This document shows positions 1 through 9,890 of a stretch of DNA of 64,000 nucleotides, one piece after another. A program made the translations under genes and the position numbers. A model generated the notes under the pieces. That model was not told where the DNA came from. It searched no databases and saw only the letters and a list, made by a program, of their open reading frames with translations. Position 1 is the first letter of the stretch. The number at the start of each line of letters is the position of its first letter. The stretch is from assembly GCA_035650735.1 (NCBI GenBank), contig DASRGZ010000056.1:1-64000 (forward strand), in the 5' to 3' direction. The stretch is from Chthonomonadaceae bacterium (GTDB lineage: Bacteria; Armatimonadota; Chthonomonadetes; Chthonomonadales; Chthonomonadaceae).

Positions 1-1
1 C

Positions 2-751
2 GCGCTGACGGCGGCCCTGCGCGGCCATGAGGTACTCGTGCTGGAGAAGACGGATCGCGTCGGCGGGCAGGTCTGGCTGGGGGCCGCCTCCCCGCTGCGC
101 AAGCCCTGGGCGCGCATCGCGGAGTTCTACACGCGCCAGAGTCAGAAGGGCCTCTTTGGGGTGCGCCTGAACACCGAGGCGACGCCGGAGACGGTGCTGG
201 CGCTGGAGCCGGAGGTGGTCGTGATCGCGACCGGCTCGGAACCCAATCGCCTGGAAGTTCCCGACGGCCCGCCCGCGCTGACGGTCCATGAAGTGCTTAC
301 GGGCGCGGCAGATGGCGCCAGGCATATCGTCCTCTTCGACCGCGAGGCGTTCAGCCGTCCGCTGGTCGCGGCGGACTATCTCTCGGCACGCGGTATTCAG
401 GTAGATTTTGTCACCTCCCTGCCCAGAGTCTGCGGCAGCGTGGATCTGTACATGCTGGATGAGATGCTGGCGAACCTGAAGGAGCGGGGCGTGCGGTTCT
501 GGCCCCGGCAGGAGATCGTCGGCTGGGAGGAGCAGAAGCGCCTGCGCCTGCGGGACACCGAGACGGCGGAGGAGCAGGTTCTGGAAGGGGTAGACGCGCT
601 GGTTGGCACGGTGGGTTCGAAACCGGTGGCATCTCTGGCCTATGCGCTGCGGAAGGCCGTGCCGGAGCTATATGTCATCGGCGATGCCAACGTGCCGCAG
701 ACGGTACAGCACGCCACCTATCAGGGCGGGCGCATAGGACGGCTGTTATAG
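2..751 (+). CDS. FAD-dependent oxidoreductase, C-terminal part (NADH:flavin oxidoreductase/2,4-dienoyl-CoA-reductase-like); 5'-truncated by the window edge
   Basis: Frame open from nt 2 (ALTAALRGHEVLVLEK...VGGQ). VVIATGS and YVIGDA motifs are typical of the FAD/NAD domains of OYE-family multidomain enzymes. Confidence 0.8.
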   Translation, partial: ALTAALRGHEVLVLEKTDRVGGQVWLGAASPLRKPWARIAEFYTRQSQKGLFGVRLNTEATPETVLALEPEVVVIATGSEPNRLEVPDGPPALTVHEVLTGAADGARHIVLFDREAFSRPLVAADYLSARGIQVDFVTSLPRVCGSVDLYMLDEMLANLKERGVRFWPRQEIVGWEEQKRLRLRDTETAEEQVLEGVDALVGTVGSKPVASLAYALRKAVPELYVIGDANVPQTVQHATYQGGRIGRLL

Positions 752-1110
752 CCCTCACTCCCACACTCCCAACCCTTCTGGACCTAACCCCCCGGCCCCC
801 ACTGCTAGGGTCGGGGCTGCAATGGTTCGCCCCTCCGCCTAGCGACCCTACGAGGGAAGGGAGAGACCCAACCTGGGATGGTTGCGGCCCCCACTCTCTG
901 TCCCCCTCCCCCAACAACAGGGGAGGGGAGAGACCTCACCCCCAATTCCTCTCCTTGAGAAGGAGAGGGGAGAAGAGAAGCCGGGTCCCCCCCCCACTGC
1001 TAGGGTCGGAACTGCGCACGCTCGTTCCTCCGCCTAGCGACCCTAGCGAGGTACGAGCGAATAGGGAAGGGGGCCGGGGGGTTAGGCCCAGTAGGGTTGG
1101 GAGTGAGGGC
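751..1110. repeat. Composite nested palindromic repeat (CCCTCWCCCC/CCTAACCCC hairpin family with inserted GTAG-REP-like modules)
   Basis: Outer inverted repeat gccctcactccca...tgggagtgagggc and inner cctaaccccccggccccc...gggggccggggggttagg. Two copies of ccccactgctagggtcgg...cctccgcctagcgacccta. Confidence 0.9.
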
Positions 1111-1133
1111 CGCAGGGAAACAGGAAGATAAGC

Positions 1134-2417
1134 TTGAGTTCCACGCTACAAACCACGGAGAGTAAGCCTCGCGCGGGCACGTTTGCGGCGCTGCGGCACC
1201 GTAACTTCCGCCTGATGTGGTTTAGCCTGCTCGTTTCCAACAGCGGCACCTGGCTCCAGAGCGTGGCGCAGGATTACGTCGTCTACCGGCTGACGGGACG
1301 GGCGCTGGATCTGGGCTTTGTCAACGTCGTGCGCGCCCTGCCCCTGATCACCCTCTCCTTCTTCGGCGGCACCATCGCCGACCGGATGGATCGCCGCAAG
1401 CTGCTGCTGGCCACGCAGACGCTCTTTGCGCTGGCGGCGGCGGTGCTCGGCTTCCTGGTACAGACCCACGCGGTGCAGGTCTGGCACGTGGTCGTGCTCT
1501 CGTTCCTCAGCTCGGTGCTGCTGGCGGTGGACCAGCCGACGCGGCAGGCGCTCATCCCTCATCTGGTGCCCCGGAAAGACCTCGCCAACGCCATCGCCCT
1601 CAACTCCGTGACCTTTACGGGCGCGGCAGCCATCGGGCCGGCCATCGCCGGACCGCTGGTGGCCGCCGTCGGACTGCCCTGGGGCTTCTATCTCAATGCC
1701 CTCAGCTACGGCGCGGTCATCTGGGCGGTCTGGGCGCTACAGCTTCCGCCGGCCTCCCGACCGCGCCAGACGGAGCCGGTCGTGCAGGCGGTGCTCTCCG
1801 GCCTGCGCTACGTCGTTGCCTCTCCGGCCCTGCTGCTGCTGGTCAGCCTGCTGACGATGTTCAGCCTCTTCGCCGTGCCCTACCAGAACTTGCTGCCCGT
1901 GTTTGCCGCCAGAGTCTTTCATGGTGGGGTGGGCACGCTCGGCTATCTGCGCGCCGCGCCGGGAGCCGGCGCGCTCACGGGCGGGTTTCTGCTGGCCCAT
2001 CACGCGCATTTCCGCCGCAAAGGCTGGCTGGCGCTGGGCGGAGGCATGGGCTTTTGCCTGGCGCTGCTGGCGTTCTGCGCAATCCAATGGCTGCCGGGGG
2101 CGCTGCTGGCCTTGCTCCTGGCCGGCATCCTCTCCACCGTGTTCACTTCGACCGTGCAGACGCTCCTCCAGCACCTGGCCAGCGACGCGATGCGCGGGCG
2201 GGTAATGAGTTTGTTCACGGTCGCGGTGATCGGGATGTGGCCGCTGGGGACGCTGCCGCTCAGCTGGGCCGCCGACCGCCTGGGCGTGGCGGTGGCGACA
2301 GCGCTGGGCGCAGGAGTCGCCGGGCTCTATATGCTGGCGGTAGCCCTGCTGGCTCGCCGACGCGTGGAGCGGCTGCAAACGGAGGCGCTTCGCGACGAAG
2401 AGGCCGCTTCCACCTAA
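1134..2417 (+). CDS. MFS transporter (EntS/MFS_3-like)
   Basis: About 12 hydrophobic segments; FAALRHRNFRL N-terminus, GGTIADRMDRRK motif A and MRGRVMS. TTG start. Confidence 0.9.
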   Translation: MSSTLQTTESKPRAGTFAALRHRNFRLMWFSLLVSNSGTWLQSVAQDYVVYRLTGRALDLGFVNVVRALPLITLSFFGGTIADRMDRRKLLLATQTLFALAAAVLGFLVQTHAVQVWHVVVLSFLSSVLLAVDQPTRQALIPHLVPRKDLANAIALNSVTFTGAAAIGPAIAGPLVAAVGLPWGFYLNALSYGAVIWAVWALQLPPASRPRQTEPVVQAVLSGLRYVVASPALLLLVSLLTMFSLFAVPYQNLLPVFAARVFHGGVGTLGYLRAAPGAGALTGGFLLAHHAHFRRKGWLALGGGMGFCLALLAFCAIQWLPGALLALLLAGILSTVFTSTVQTLLQHLASDAMRGRVMSLFTVAVIGMWPLGTLPLSWAADRLGVAVATALGAGVAGLYMLAVALLARRRVERLQTEALRDEEAAST

Positions 2418-4006
2418 CGCGGCGCTGTCAGCCGTTCCAGCCAGGGGTAAGGCGTGTCCGCGACGACGTAATACCTATGGTGCAGCTGCTTCCAGGCAGG
2501 CGTGCCAATCGAAACCGGGCTGCTGTCCAGGTAGACGGGCACGCCCGCGCGCACCCAGTCAGCGATGCGATCCAGGGCTTCGTCGGCAGTATAGGGGCAG
2601 GCATCGTAGGCGCCGCCGCGCCGCAGGCCGGGGGCACGGTGGTCTTTAGGTGAACGGGCCGGCGGATCGAGCACGGCAACTCGCCGCGGCGTCACCAGTT
2701 TGGAGGCGTATTCCACGCCGCGCGTGCTGGGCACGACCTGCCGTTGCGTGCCCCGCAGCACCGTCGGCTCCAGGTAGACCGGATCAATGGCCGTGATGAT
2801 GACCGCGTTTTTGGGCAGCGCCTGCGCCATCGCCTCTGCGATCTCCCGGCGCAGCGGTTCCGGGTCCGTGCGCAGCCCCAGAGCGGCGAGGAGTGCCAGC
2901 GCGCCTACCAGTGCCGGCAGCAGCCAGACGCGCCGCTGGAAGGTCTCCGGAATCAGCGTGGCGAGGCCCGCCGCGCCCAGGACCCGCAGCAGCGAAAGCG
3001 CAATGAGATGAAAGCGCTGGCCCAGGGCGAAATAGAATAGATACAGCAGGCTCATCGGCACAGCCGCCAGCGCCAGAAAGATCAGGATGGGTCCCAGCTC
3101 CGCCTGGCGCTCCTTGCGGAAAATGGCAATGCCGATGGCCCCCAGCGCCAGCGAAACGAGAATGTCGGGCGCGCTGAGATCGTGCAGGTTCCTGGCGATG
3201 TAGGCGGGAGAAAACGTCAGGCCCAGATAGTCGTAGGGAACCGCGCACCAGTACTCGTAGCCGTTGCGCCGCCAGTCTCCAAAGGCGGACTGGTTGTAGA
3301 CCAGCGTGGCCGCCGTCAGCAGCGCGACGGGCAGCAGAAGCAGGGCCAGACGTGCGAGAGCCTGCTGCCTCTGCCGAACGGCCAGGCAGAGGAAGGGCGC
3401 CAGCAGCAGCGCGTTGGTATTGCGCAGCCCGACGGCAAGCGCGATCGCGATGCCGGCCAGCAGGTAGTCGCGGCGGGTAGGCTGCCGATAGATCCGCAGA
3501 AACATCCAGCAGGCGAACAGTCCGCACGCAGCCGCCGGAATGTCCATCATGATCTGGCGCGCGGCGTCCATGAAGACGATGGAGAAGACGACCGCGATGG
3601 CAGCCAGGCAGCCGCCCCACTCGCCCGCCAGGCGGTAGCCGAGAAGATAGGCGAGCAGCGCTAGGGCCACGGCAAATCCGAGCACCGCCAGGATGCCGAT
3701 GCCGAGCTCGCCGGGCGCGAGCGCATAGAGCGGAGCCAGAATCAGCACCGAAAACCAGGGCGGATAGCGTGGAGGGTGCACGACGCCGTTGATGACGATA
3801 TTATAGTGGCCCGTGAGGACAAACCGCTGCGCGGCCACGGCGTATTCGACCGAATCGGGAACGGTCTCCAGGTTGGAGGCGCTCCAGGGCGAGCGATAGC
3901 AAAATCCTATGACCAGCAGAACGACCAGTAGCGGCAGGAGATATCGCGCCCGCACGCGCGGCGTCGTCAGGAGGGTGGATTCTTCCAAGCGGAGAGACGT
4001 TTGCAT
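2414..4006 (-). CDS. Polytopic membrane glycosyltransferase, GT39/ArnT (PMT_2)-like
   Basis: PDSVEY and RYPPWFS loop motifs, many TM helices, C-terminal soluble domain. Start codon uncertain. Confidence 0.65.
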   Translation of the reverse strand: MQTSLRLEESTLLTTPRVRARYLLPLLVVLLVIGFCYRSPWSASNLETVPDSVEYAVAAQRFVLTGHYNIVINGVVHPPRYPPWFSVLILAPLYALAPGELGIGILAVLGFAVALALLAYLLGYRLAGEWGGCLAAIAVVFSIVFMDAARQIMMDIPAAACGLFACWMFLRIYRQPTRRDYLLAGIAIALAVGLRNTNALLLAPFLCLAVRQRQQALARLALLLLPVALLTAATLVYNQSAFGDWRRNGYEYWCAVPYDYLGLTFSPAYIARNLHDLSAPDILVSLALGAIGIAIFRKERQAELGPILIFLALAAVPMSLLYLFYFALGQRFHLIALSLLRVLGAAGLATLIPETFQRRVWLLPALVGALALLAALGLRTDPEPLRREIAEAMAQALPKNAVIITAIDPVYLEPTVLRGTQRQVVPSTRGVEYASKLVTPRRVAVLDPPARSPKDHRAPGLRRGGAYDACPYTADEALDRIADWVRAGVPVYLDSSPVSIGTPAWKQLHHRYYVVADTPYPWLERLTAPR

Positions 4007-4196
4007 AAGGAGAGTTCTTTATTCAACCGTGATTTTCATGCTGAGATTCGCGACGGTCCCGCCCATTCCCTGCCTGGCCTCCTCAGGCCCTGATGAGTTG
4101 TCGTCACTATACAGGATTTCAGAGCCTTCCGGTAGAATGATAGAGGACCGTCGCCGGTTTGCGGATGGAGAAGAATCACGGGAGGGAAAGCATAGG

Positions 4197-5138
4197 ATGT
4201 CGAAGATCGAAGGGCAGGAGGCACTAGAGGGCGCGGAGTTTCCTGAGGTGCGCGCCTGGGTTCAAAACGCGGAGGCGGGCTTTCCGCTGATTCCGTCGCC
4301 GGTCTATGCCACCGAACGCGGCACGCCCTATCTGCGCACCCCCGGCGTGGCTCTGCTCGCCAGGCCCTCCGTTGCCATCGGTAACATGGCCGACTTCCTG
4401 GGCGGCTTTAACCCGGAATTGCAGTTCCTGCAATATCTCGACGACCCGACGCCGCTGCCGCCCGCCGCACAGATATGCAAGACGGCAGGACAGCTCTGCT
4501 ACGCGTCCTTTGCTCCCAGGCGCACCCTGAACGCCGACGCGGCCCGTTACTTTCACAACATCAAAGAGTCCGGGCACGGCAGTGTCCTGGAGCACGCTAA
4601 TTTTACCTTTCTTTTTTATGGAATTTCCCGCAGTGTAACCCACGAGTTAATTCGCCATCGCCACATGAGCTACTCCCAGATTTCCCAGAGGTACGTGTCG
4701 GGGCGCGTGCTGCGGTTCGTGGAGAGACCAGAGTATGCGGCGGATTCGGAATTGCATGCCGCATTCGAGCGCCGAATTGACGCCGCCGCCGAGGAGTACA
4801 ACCGGATCGCGCGCCGCCTGCTGGAGCGGCAGAAGGCCGGCGCGGAGCTGCTCTCGGCGGAGGCGCGCACCGATCTGCGCAAAAAGGTGCAGCAGGCGGC
4901 GCGCTCCGTGCTGCCCAACGAGACCGAGGCGCCTATCGTCGTTACGGCCAATGCGCGCGCCTGGCGTCACTTCCTGGAGATGCGCGCCAACCCCCACGCC
5001 GAGATCGAGATACGCGCCCTGGCGTTCCGCGTCTATCTTTGCCTGGCCGCCGCCGAGCCGATTCTCTTCAACGACTATCGCATTGCCGCCCTGCCCGATG
5101 AAACCTTTGGCGTGGAAACCGATTTTCCGAAAGTGTAG
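4197..5138 (+). CDS. thyX: FAD-dependent thymidylate synthase
   Basis: GHGSVLEH, ELIRHRHMSYSQISQRY (RHRx7S motif), ARSVLP, HAEIEIR. ATG at 4197 follows a GGAGG RBS. Confidence 0.95.
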   Translation: MSKIEGQEALEGAEFPEVRAWVQNAEAGFPLIPSPVYATERGTPYLRTPGVALLARPSVAIGNMADFLGGFNPELQFLQYLDDPTPLPPAAQICKTAGQLCYASFAPRRTLNADAARYFHNIKESGHGSVLEHANFTFLFYGISRSVTHELIRHRHMSYSQISQRYVSGRVLRFVERPEYAADSELHAAFERRIDAAAEEYNRIARRLLERQKAGAELLSAEARTDLRKKVQQAARSVLPNETEAPIVVTANARAWRHFLEMRANPHAEIEIRALAFRVYLCLAAAEPILFNDYRIAALPDETFGVETDFPKV

Positions 5139-5174
5139 GCAAGCGCGCGGCAGCACCCCATGAAACCGTGGTTT

Positions 5175-5293
5175 AAGGAGGAAGGAGGAAGAAAAGCCCT
5201 GGTTCTATTCCCTCTTCTGCTTTCCTCCTTGCTAGAAAGGGATGCGGAATGCAGAAAAGCTCCTGCTCTTTTCATCCTTCTGCCTTCCTCCTT
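5175..5293. repeat. Inverted heptamer-array hairpin (GAAGGAK/MTCCTTC family)
   Basis: aaggaggaaggaggaagaaaa ... ttttcatccttctgccttcctcctt; same family at 20794, 27648 and 39567. Confidence 0.75.
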
Positions 5294-5401
5294 TCGAGAG
5301 TCAGCCACGCTTGATGATAGGGCTGCCGGGTGTGCGCTCCTGCGGCCGTAGAGGTAATTTTTTTCAAATCTATTTGCTATTGGTATAAAACCTGGTGCCT
5401 T

Positions 5402-5417
5402 TGGCATAGAACTTGCA
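5402..5417 (+). promoter_or_regulatory. Putative sigma-54 (-24/-12) promoter
   Basis: TGGCAT-AGAAC-TTGCA, with exact GG-N10-GC spacing, preceded by an AT-rich tract. Confidence 0.65.
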
Positions 5418-5744
5418 AGGAAGAATACCGGAGTTGAGCGTCCTCTCCCTGCTTGCCAGGATGGCATCTACCGCTCAGCCTGTCCTAAAATCCTGTTCCT
5501 TTTGCCAGAGATTGAGGACATAGGCGCGAAGCAAGACGTATAAGGGAGGGAGAGCGGACCCTTGAACTTGCTGCACCCCGGACTTTTCTGCCGACGGGCC
5601 CGCCCCAGGGGTGAACAAGGCGGCTCGCCCTGATGGGATGATAGGCGCTTTCTGCGTTGGTGACGTTTATACTCGTGTGTTGCTGGGTGCTCTGCTTCTA
5701 TCCACGCTGGCTGTAAACCGGCACGTCACAGAAAGGCAGTGTTG

Positions 5745-5969
5745 ATGTCTATTATGCGTCGTCTCTCCCAACCGATCTTCTGTATCGCCGGCCTCCATGA
5801 CGCGCCTCCTCCGCGCTCACCGCATGGGCCAATCGTCGCCATGTGCCCCTGTTGCGGCAAAGTTGTTTACTTCTACGGCCTGGCGGCCCACGGATTGAAC
5901 GTGCATCCGAGTCTGGCGCTGCCAAGCTTTCCGCGCGTGCTGGGCGTGCTGCCGCCCGCGCGCATGTAG
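5745..5969 (+). CDS. Small (74 aa) putative zinc-binding protein
   Basis: GAAAGG RBS 8 nt before ATG; C-x4-H (CIAGLH) and CPCCGK. Confidence 0.55.
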   Translation: MSIMRRLSQPIFCIAGLHDAPPPRSPHGPIVAMCPCCGKVVYFYGLAAHGLNVHPSLALPSFPRVLGVLPPARM

Positions 5970-6195
5970 TGGTGCGGGCCAGGGCATTGAGCGCTGTGGT
6001 CAGTGCGGACTGCCGCCCGCGCATGTAGCGGCGCGCTCTGGCTGCGGGACTTAGATGGAAACATTATCCTGCTGGCCGCGCGCATGGAGCGGCGCATTGC
6101 CAGCCGCCGCTGTTTCCGCGCTTTCCTGGCGCATCCTATGAAGTGTAGCGCCCGGCTCGAAGACCGGGCGAGGATCGAAACAAACGGATCGTCGT

Positions 6196-7356
6196 ATGCA
6201 ATTGAGCTCCCTGGAGGCGAGCGGCATGCCGCTCGCCTCGTCGTCGCTGTCCAGTCCCCTCGGCGCTCCCCTGCGCCTGGCGATTGTCGGAGGCACCCAG
6301 GCGCGCGCCCGGTATACAGACGCCCTGACCGGCCTGCCGGCGTTGCAGGTCGTGGCGCTGGCCGACCCCGATAAACGCATGGCCCGCGCCTGGGCGCGCC
6401 AGTTCGGGGGCCATCCACAGGTCTGGGAGAATCTGGAGACCCTGCTCGCCGACGCCCCCGAACTCGATGCTGTGCTCATCGCCTCGCCGCCCCAGGAGCG
6501 CACCGCCCATATCGCCGCCGTCGCCCGCGCCCGCAAAGCCATTCTTTGCGAGATCCCGGCGGCCCTGCGCCTTACGGAAACCGATGCGGCCTTGCGCGCT
6601 GCCGCCGAGAACGGAGTTCTGCTCATGCCGGTTCTGCCCAGGCGCTTTGATGCCCATCTGCAACCGCTGGCGCGCTATGCGGAGGCGGGGACGCTGGGAA
6701 CGCTGCGGCAGGCCCGATGTGACTGGACGTTCCCGGCCTCCGGCGCGGAAGCCGGTGAGGGCGGATGGCATCTTCTGTTGCAGCAGGCGGCCTGCCAGAC
6801 GGCGGACCTATGCCGCTGGTGGCTCGGCGATGCGCTGACGGTCAGCGCCGATATTGAGATTCCGCGCCGGCGCGCGCCGGGCCAGCGCCAAGCGCCGGCG
6901 CTGGCCAATATCATCGTCACCCATGAGCGCGGGCAATCGGTGCATCATCTGGCCTGCGTCGCCTCGACCCTCTCCAGCGAACGCTATAAGCTCATCGGCG
7001 CGCAGGGCCATCTGGAGCTGAGTTTCGGCGCCGGCGCTCCCGCTGCCTATGGGACGATCCCGGCGCTTACCCTGCATCGGCCCGGCCAGCGCCCGGAACC
7101 TATCGCAGCCGACGCCGGGGAAGCCTCCGGCGTCGAGGCCATGTCCCTCTGTTACCGACGCCTACTGGCCCATTTTGTAGAGTGCATCCAGACCGGCTGC
7201 GCTCCCCTGGTGCGAGGCGCCGATGCCCGCGCCGCCCTCGAAATCCTCCAGGCCGCCTATCTCTCCGCGCAGGAAGGCCATAAAGTCTCGCTGCCGCTGC
7301 GCCGTGCCGCCGACAATCGGGCTCTCGGCCCGGCTCCCCCCGATCCCGCCGCCTGA
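6196..7356 (+). CDS. Gfo/Idh/MocA-family protein with degenerate catalytic motifs
   Basis: RLAIVG, DAVLIASPP, CEIP (EKP expected), PRRFD and C-terminal ALEILQAAYLSAQEG. Confidence 0.8.
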   Translation: MQLSSLEASGMPLASSSLSSPLGAPLRLAIVGGTQARARYTDALTGLPALQVVALADPDKRMARAWARQFGGHPQVWENLETLLADAPELDAVLIASPPQERTAHIAAVARARKAILCEIPAALRLTETDAALRAAAENGVLLMPVLPRRFDAHLQPLARYAEAGTLGTLRQARCDWTFPASGAEAGEGGWHLLLQQAACQTADLCRWWLGDALTVSADIEIPRRRAPGQRQAPALANIIVTHERGQSVHHLACVASTLSSERYKLIGAQGHLELSFGAGAPAAYGTIPALTLHRPGQRPEPIAADAGEASGVEAMSLCYRRLLAHFVECIQTGCAPLVRGADARAALEILQAAYLSAQEGHKVSLPLRRAADNRALGPAPPDPAA

Positions 7357-7631
7357 AAACCCAACAAACCGCTTAACGCTCTTAATAACACCTCGCATAG
7401 CCTTTTCTTTCCAGAGGAACAAGGGAGGTATTGTCAAGCGCTACTGCGCGAGAAAGTTGCGAGAGCACGCTCTCTTTCCAGAGGAACAAGCAAGATCTTA
7501 ATCAGGCACTCTTAGCGTTGGCGGGTGGTTCATTTTTGCCGGAAACGCCCGATAATGGGTAAGGGTCTGCCGGTGTCCGTAGATCGCCCATGCCATGCGA
7601 GTCTTGTTTCCATCTGGAATGAAGTGTTGCT

Positions 7632-9890
7632 ATGCCGCCCTCCGCTGCCCATGCTGCCGCGCATCCGACGAAGCCGACGGGACAGACTCCCGCCGGTGTG
7701 GCCTTCAACGGCACCTCGTTGAGTGTGGACTATGCCGCCTACCTGGCCCAGCATGATCTGGTCTATCTGACGCCGCCGCTGCAGGGCGAGCAGGCCATGC
7801 CCATTGGCGATGGCGATCTGGGCGCGATGGTCTGGACGCCCGGCCCGCTGCGGATGCAGTTGCAGAAGAACGACCTCTGGGTCGATCCGCCCGCGCACAT
7901 CACGGCCCGTTCCCCTGGCCCGGCTGCTCTCTGGCGGCAGGTCTCGGCGGGGCAGGTCTCCTTGCATTGCACGCCCACGCCTTTAGAGGACCCGACCCGC
8001 TTTGAGCAGCGGCTCTCCCTCTATACGGGCGTGATTAACCTTCAGGCCGACGCGCGGGAGGGCTCCTGCCAGATAACCGCCTTCGCGGCGGCAACGGCGG
8101 GCGTGCTGGTGGTGCATTACCAGGACCAATCGCTGCGCAATGCAGCGCGCTGGGTGGAGGTCTCGCTCTGGCGGGACGCGCAGGTGTTCGCGCTGGGGGA
8201 GACCATCGGCATCCTGCAGGCCCTGCCGGATCGCCGCTACACGCTGGTCGCCTGTATTGCAGGCAAGCGCGCCACCGCCCGGATGCAGGACAGGCACACC
8301 GCACGGCTGGAGATCGAGCCGTTCCGATCCGGCAGCTTCACGCTCTACCTTGCCATCGCCACCAACCACCGCAACGGCGATCCGATCACCGTTGCCAAGA
8401 CGCGCCTGCAGGACGCGCTCAACAAGGGCTATGAGGCGCTGCTGCGCGAACACAAGCAGCATTGGGCGCTGTTCTGGCAGAAGTCATTTCTGCGCCTGAG
8501 CAGTCCCGGCGACGACCCGCTGCCGGGCTATCTGGAAAATCTCTGGTATCTGACGCTCTATCAGTTAGCCGCCTGCTCGCGCGGCTATGACGCGCCGCTG
8601 CCCAACGGCGCGACCTGGCTGCACGGCGGCGACGCCCGGTCCGGGCCGGCCCTCTACGAAGGCCCGGCGCTGCGCCAGATGGCCGCTCCCCTGCTCCCCG
8701 CCAACCACCTGGAGTTGACCGTGCCCTACATCGAGACCCATTACCGCTTGCTGCCCGACCTGGCGGCGCAGACCGGGCGGCAATTCGGCGTGTCGGGCGC
8801 GCGCTTCCCCATACAGTTCAATCGCTTCGGGGATTCGTTTGACGCTCCGGCGGAAGGAGAAGAGGGGCGCGCGGCGTCCTCCGGGCAGATCGAAGCTGTG
8901 TCTGAAGGGGCCGCCGCGTCTGCCGTCTCCACGCCGACAGAGGCGCTGCCGGCCCTCCGCCCGCACGCCGCCATGCCCTCGGACACCGATTCTCTGGGAG
9001 ATGGGCTGGCTATGGCGCTGTTTGTGTGGGAGGCATGGCGTCATGCGCCCGATCCGATGTTTCTGCGGGAGCGCGCCTATCCGCTGCTGCGCGCCTGCAC
9101 CAACTTTGCCCTGGAGTATACTAACGCTCACCCAGAAGCACTGGCTGCGCCACAGGCGCGGGCGCAATTGGCCGCTGCCTTGCGGGCGCTGATCTGGGCC
9201 AGCAACTTTCTGGACGAGGACGCCGACCAGCGCCCGGATTGGGAAGCGGGCTGGAGGGTGCTGGCCGAAACGGCCCCGCCTTATCGCACAGAATGCCTGC
9301 AACCGTTCGGCCTTCTCTCGCCCGATGAGGCCGCGCCCTGCCTGCAATCCTGGCTGTCCCAAACGCCTCAGTTGGCACAGGGCTTCTTCGCGCCCGATGG
9401 GCATACGCCCGACTTGCAGCGGTCGGGACAGCTTTGCGCGGGCCTGGCTTCCTTGCTGTTGCGGGAGGAGAATCTGCCGATGGAGCTTGGGGAAATCGAA
9501 GAGAATCCAGGTGGCCTTTTGCGCGCGTTTCCGGCGCTGCCGCCCGGCTGGAGCGCTGCCTTCCGGCTGGCAGCGCCCGGTGGCTTTCGCGTCTGCGCGG
9601 AGGCCAACGAGGGCCGGGTCAGCTATGTGGCCGTGCATAGCCTGCTGGGGGGGATATGCCGCATCGCCAATCCCTGGGGGGCCGGCCAACCGACGCTGAT
9701 CCGCGACGGACGCGCGGTTGTTATGGAAACTTCCGAGCCGATCCTGGCTTTTGAGACGAAGCGCAGCGGCGTCTACGTGATCGAGCCTGCCGGCTCCCCA
9801 TTGGGACGATCCATGCGAATGCGGCTGACAGGACGGCGCAACGATAGCCCGAAGCGCCTCGACGACCGGATGCTAGGGCTGGACAAATAG
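7632..9890 (+). CDS. GH95-like glycoside hydrolase homologue (divergent)
   Basis: MPIGDGDLGAMVW, HKQHWALFWQKSF, FLRERAYPLL, and LRAFPALPPGW...F.L.A.GGF.V C-terminal domain. Confidence 0.7.
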   Translation: MPPSAAHAAAHPTKPTGQTPAGVAFNGTSLSVDYAAYLAQHDLVYLTPPLQGEQAMPIGDGDLGAMVWTPGPLRMQLQKNDLWVDPPAHITARSPGPAALWRQVSAGQVSLHCTPTPLEDPTRFEQRLSLYTGVINLQADAREGSCQITAFAAATAGVLVVHYQDQSLRNAARWVEVSLWRDAQVFALGETIGILQALPDRRYTLVACIAGKRATARMQDRHTARLEIEPFRSGSFTLYLAIATNHRNGDPITVAKTRLQDALNKGYEALLREHKQHWALFWQKSFLRLSSPGDDPLPGYLENLWYLTLYQLAACSRGYDAPLPNGATWLHGGDARSGPALYEGPALRQMAAPLLPANHLELTVPYIETHYRLLPDLAAQTGRQFGVSGARFPIQFNRFGDSFDAPAEGEEGRAASSGQIEAVSEGAAASAVSTPTEALPALRPHAAMPSDTDSLGDGLAMALFVWEAWRHAPDPMFLRERAYPLLRACTNFALEYTNAHPEALAAPQARAQLAAALRALIWASNFLDEDADQRPDWEAGWRVLAETAPPYRTECLQPFGLLSPDEAAPCLQSWLSQTPQLAQGFFAPDGHTPDLQRSGQLCAGLASLLLREENLPMELGEIEENPGGLLRAFPALPPGWSAAFRLAAPGGFRVCAEANEGRVSYVAVHSLLGGICRIANPWGAGQPTLIRDGRAVVMETSEPILAFETKRSGVYVIEPAGSPLGRSMRMRLTGRRNDSPKRLDDRMLGLDK

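Noticed and set aside
3909..4196. Long N-terminal extensions in the ORF track (thyX, 13503, MTase 26542, 49014, 53238, 58373)
   Set aside because: They overlap neighbours or translate repeats; better RBS-supported starts lie downstream.
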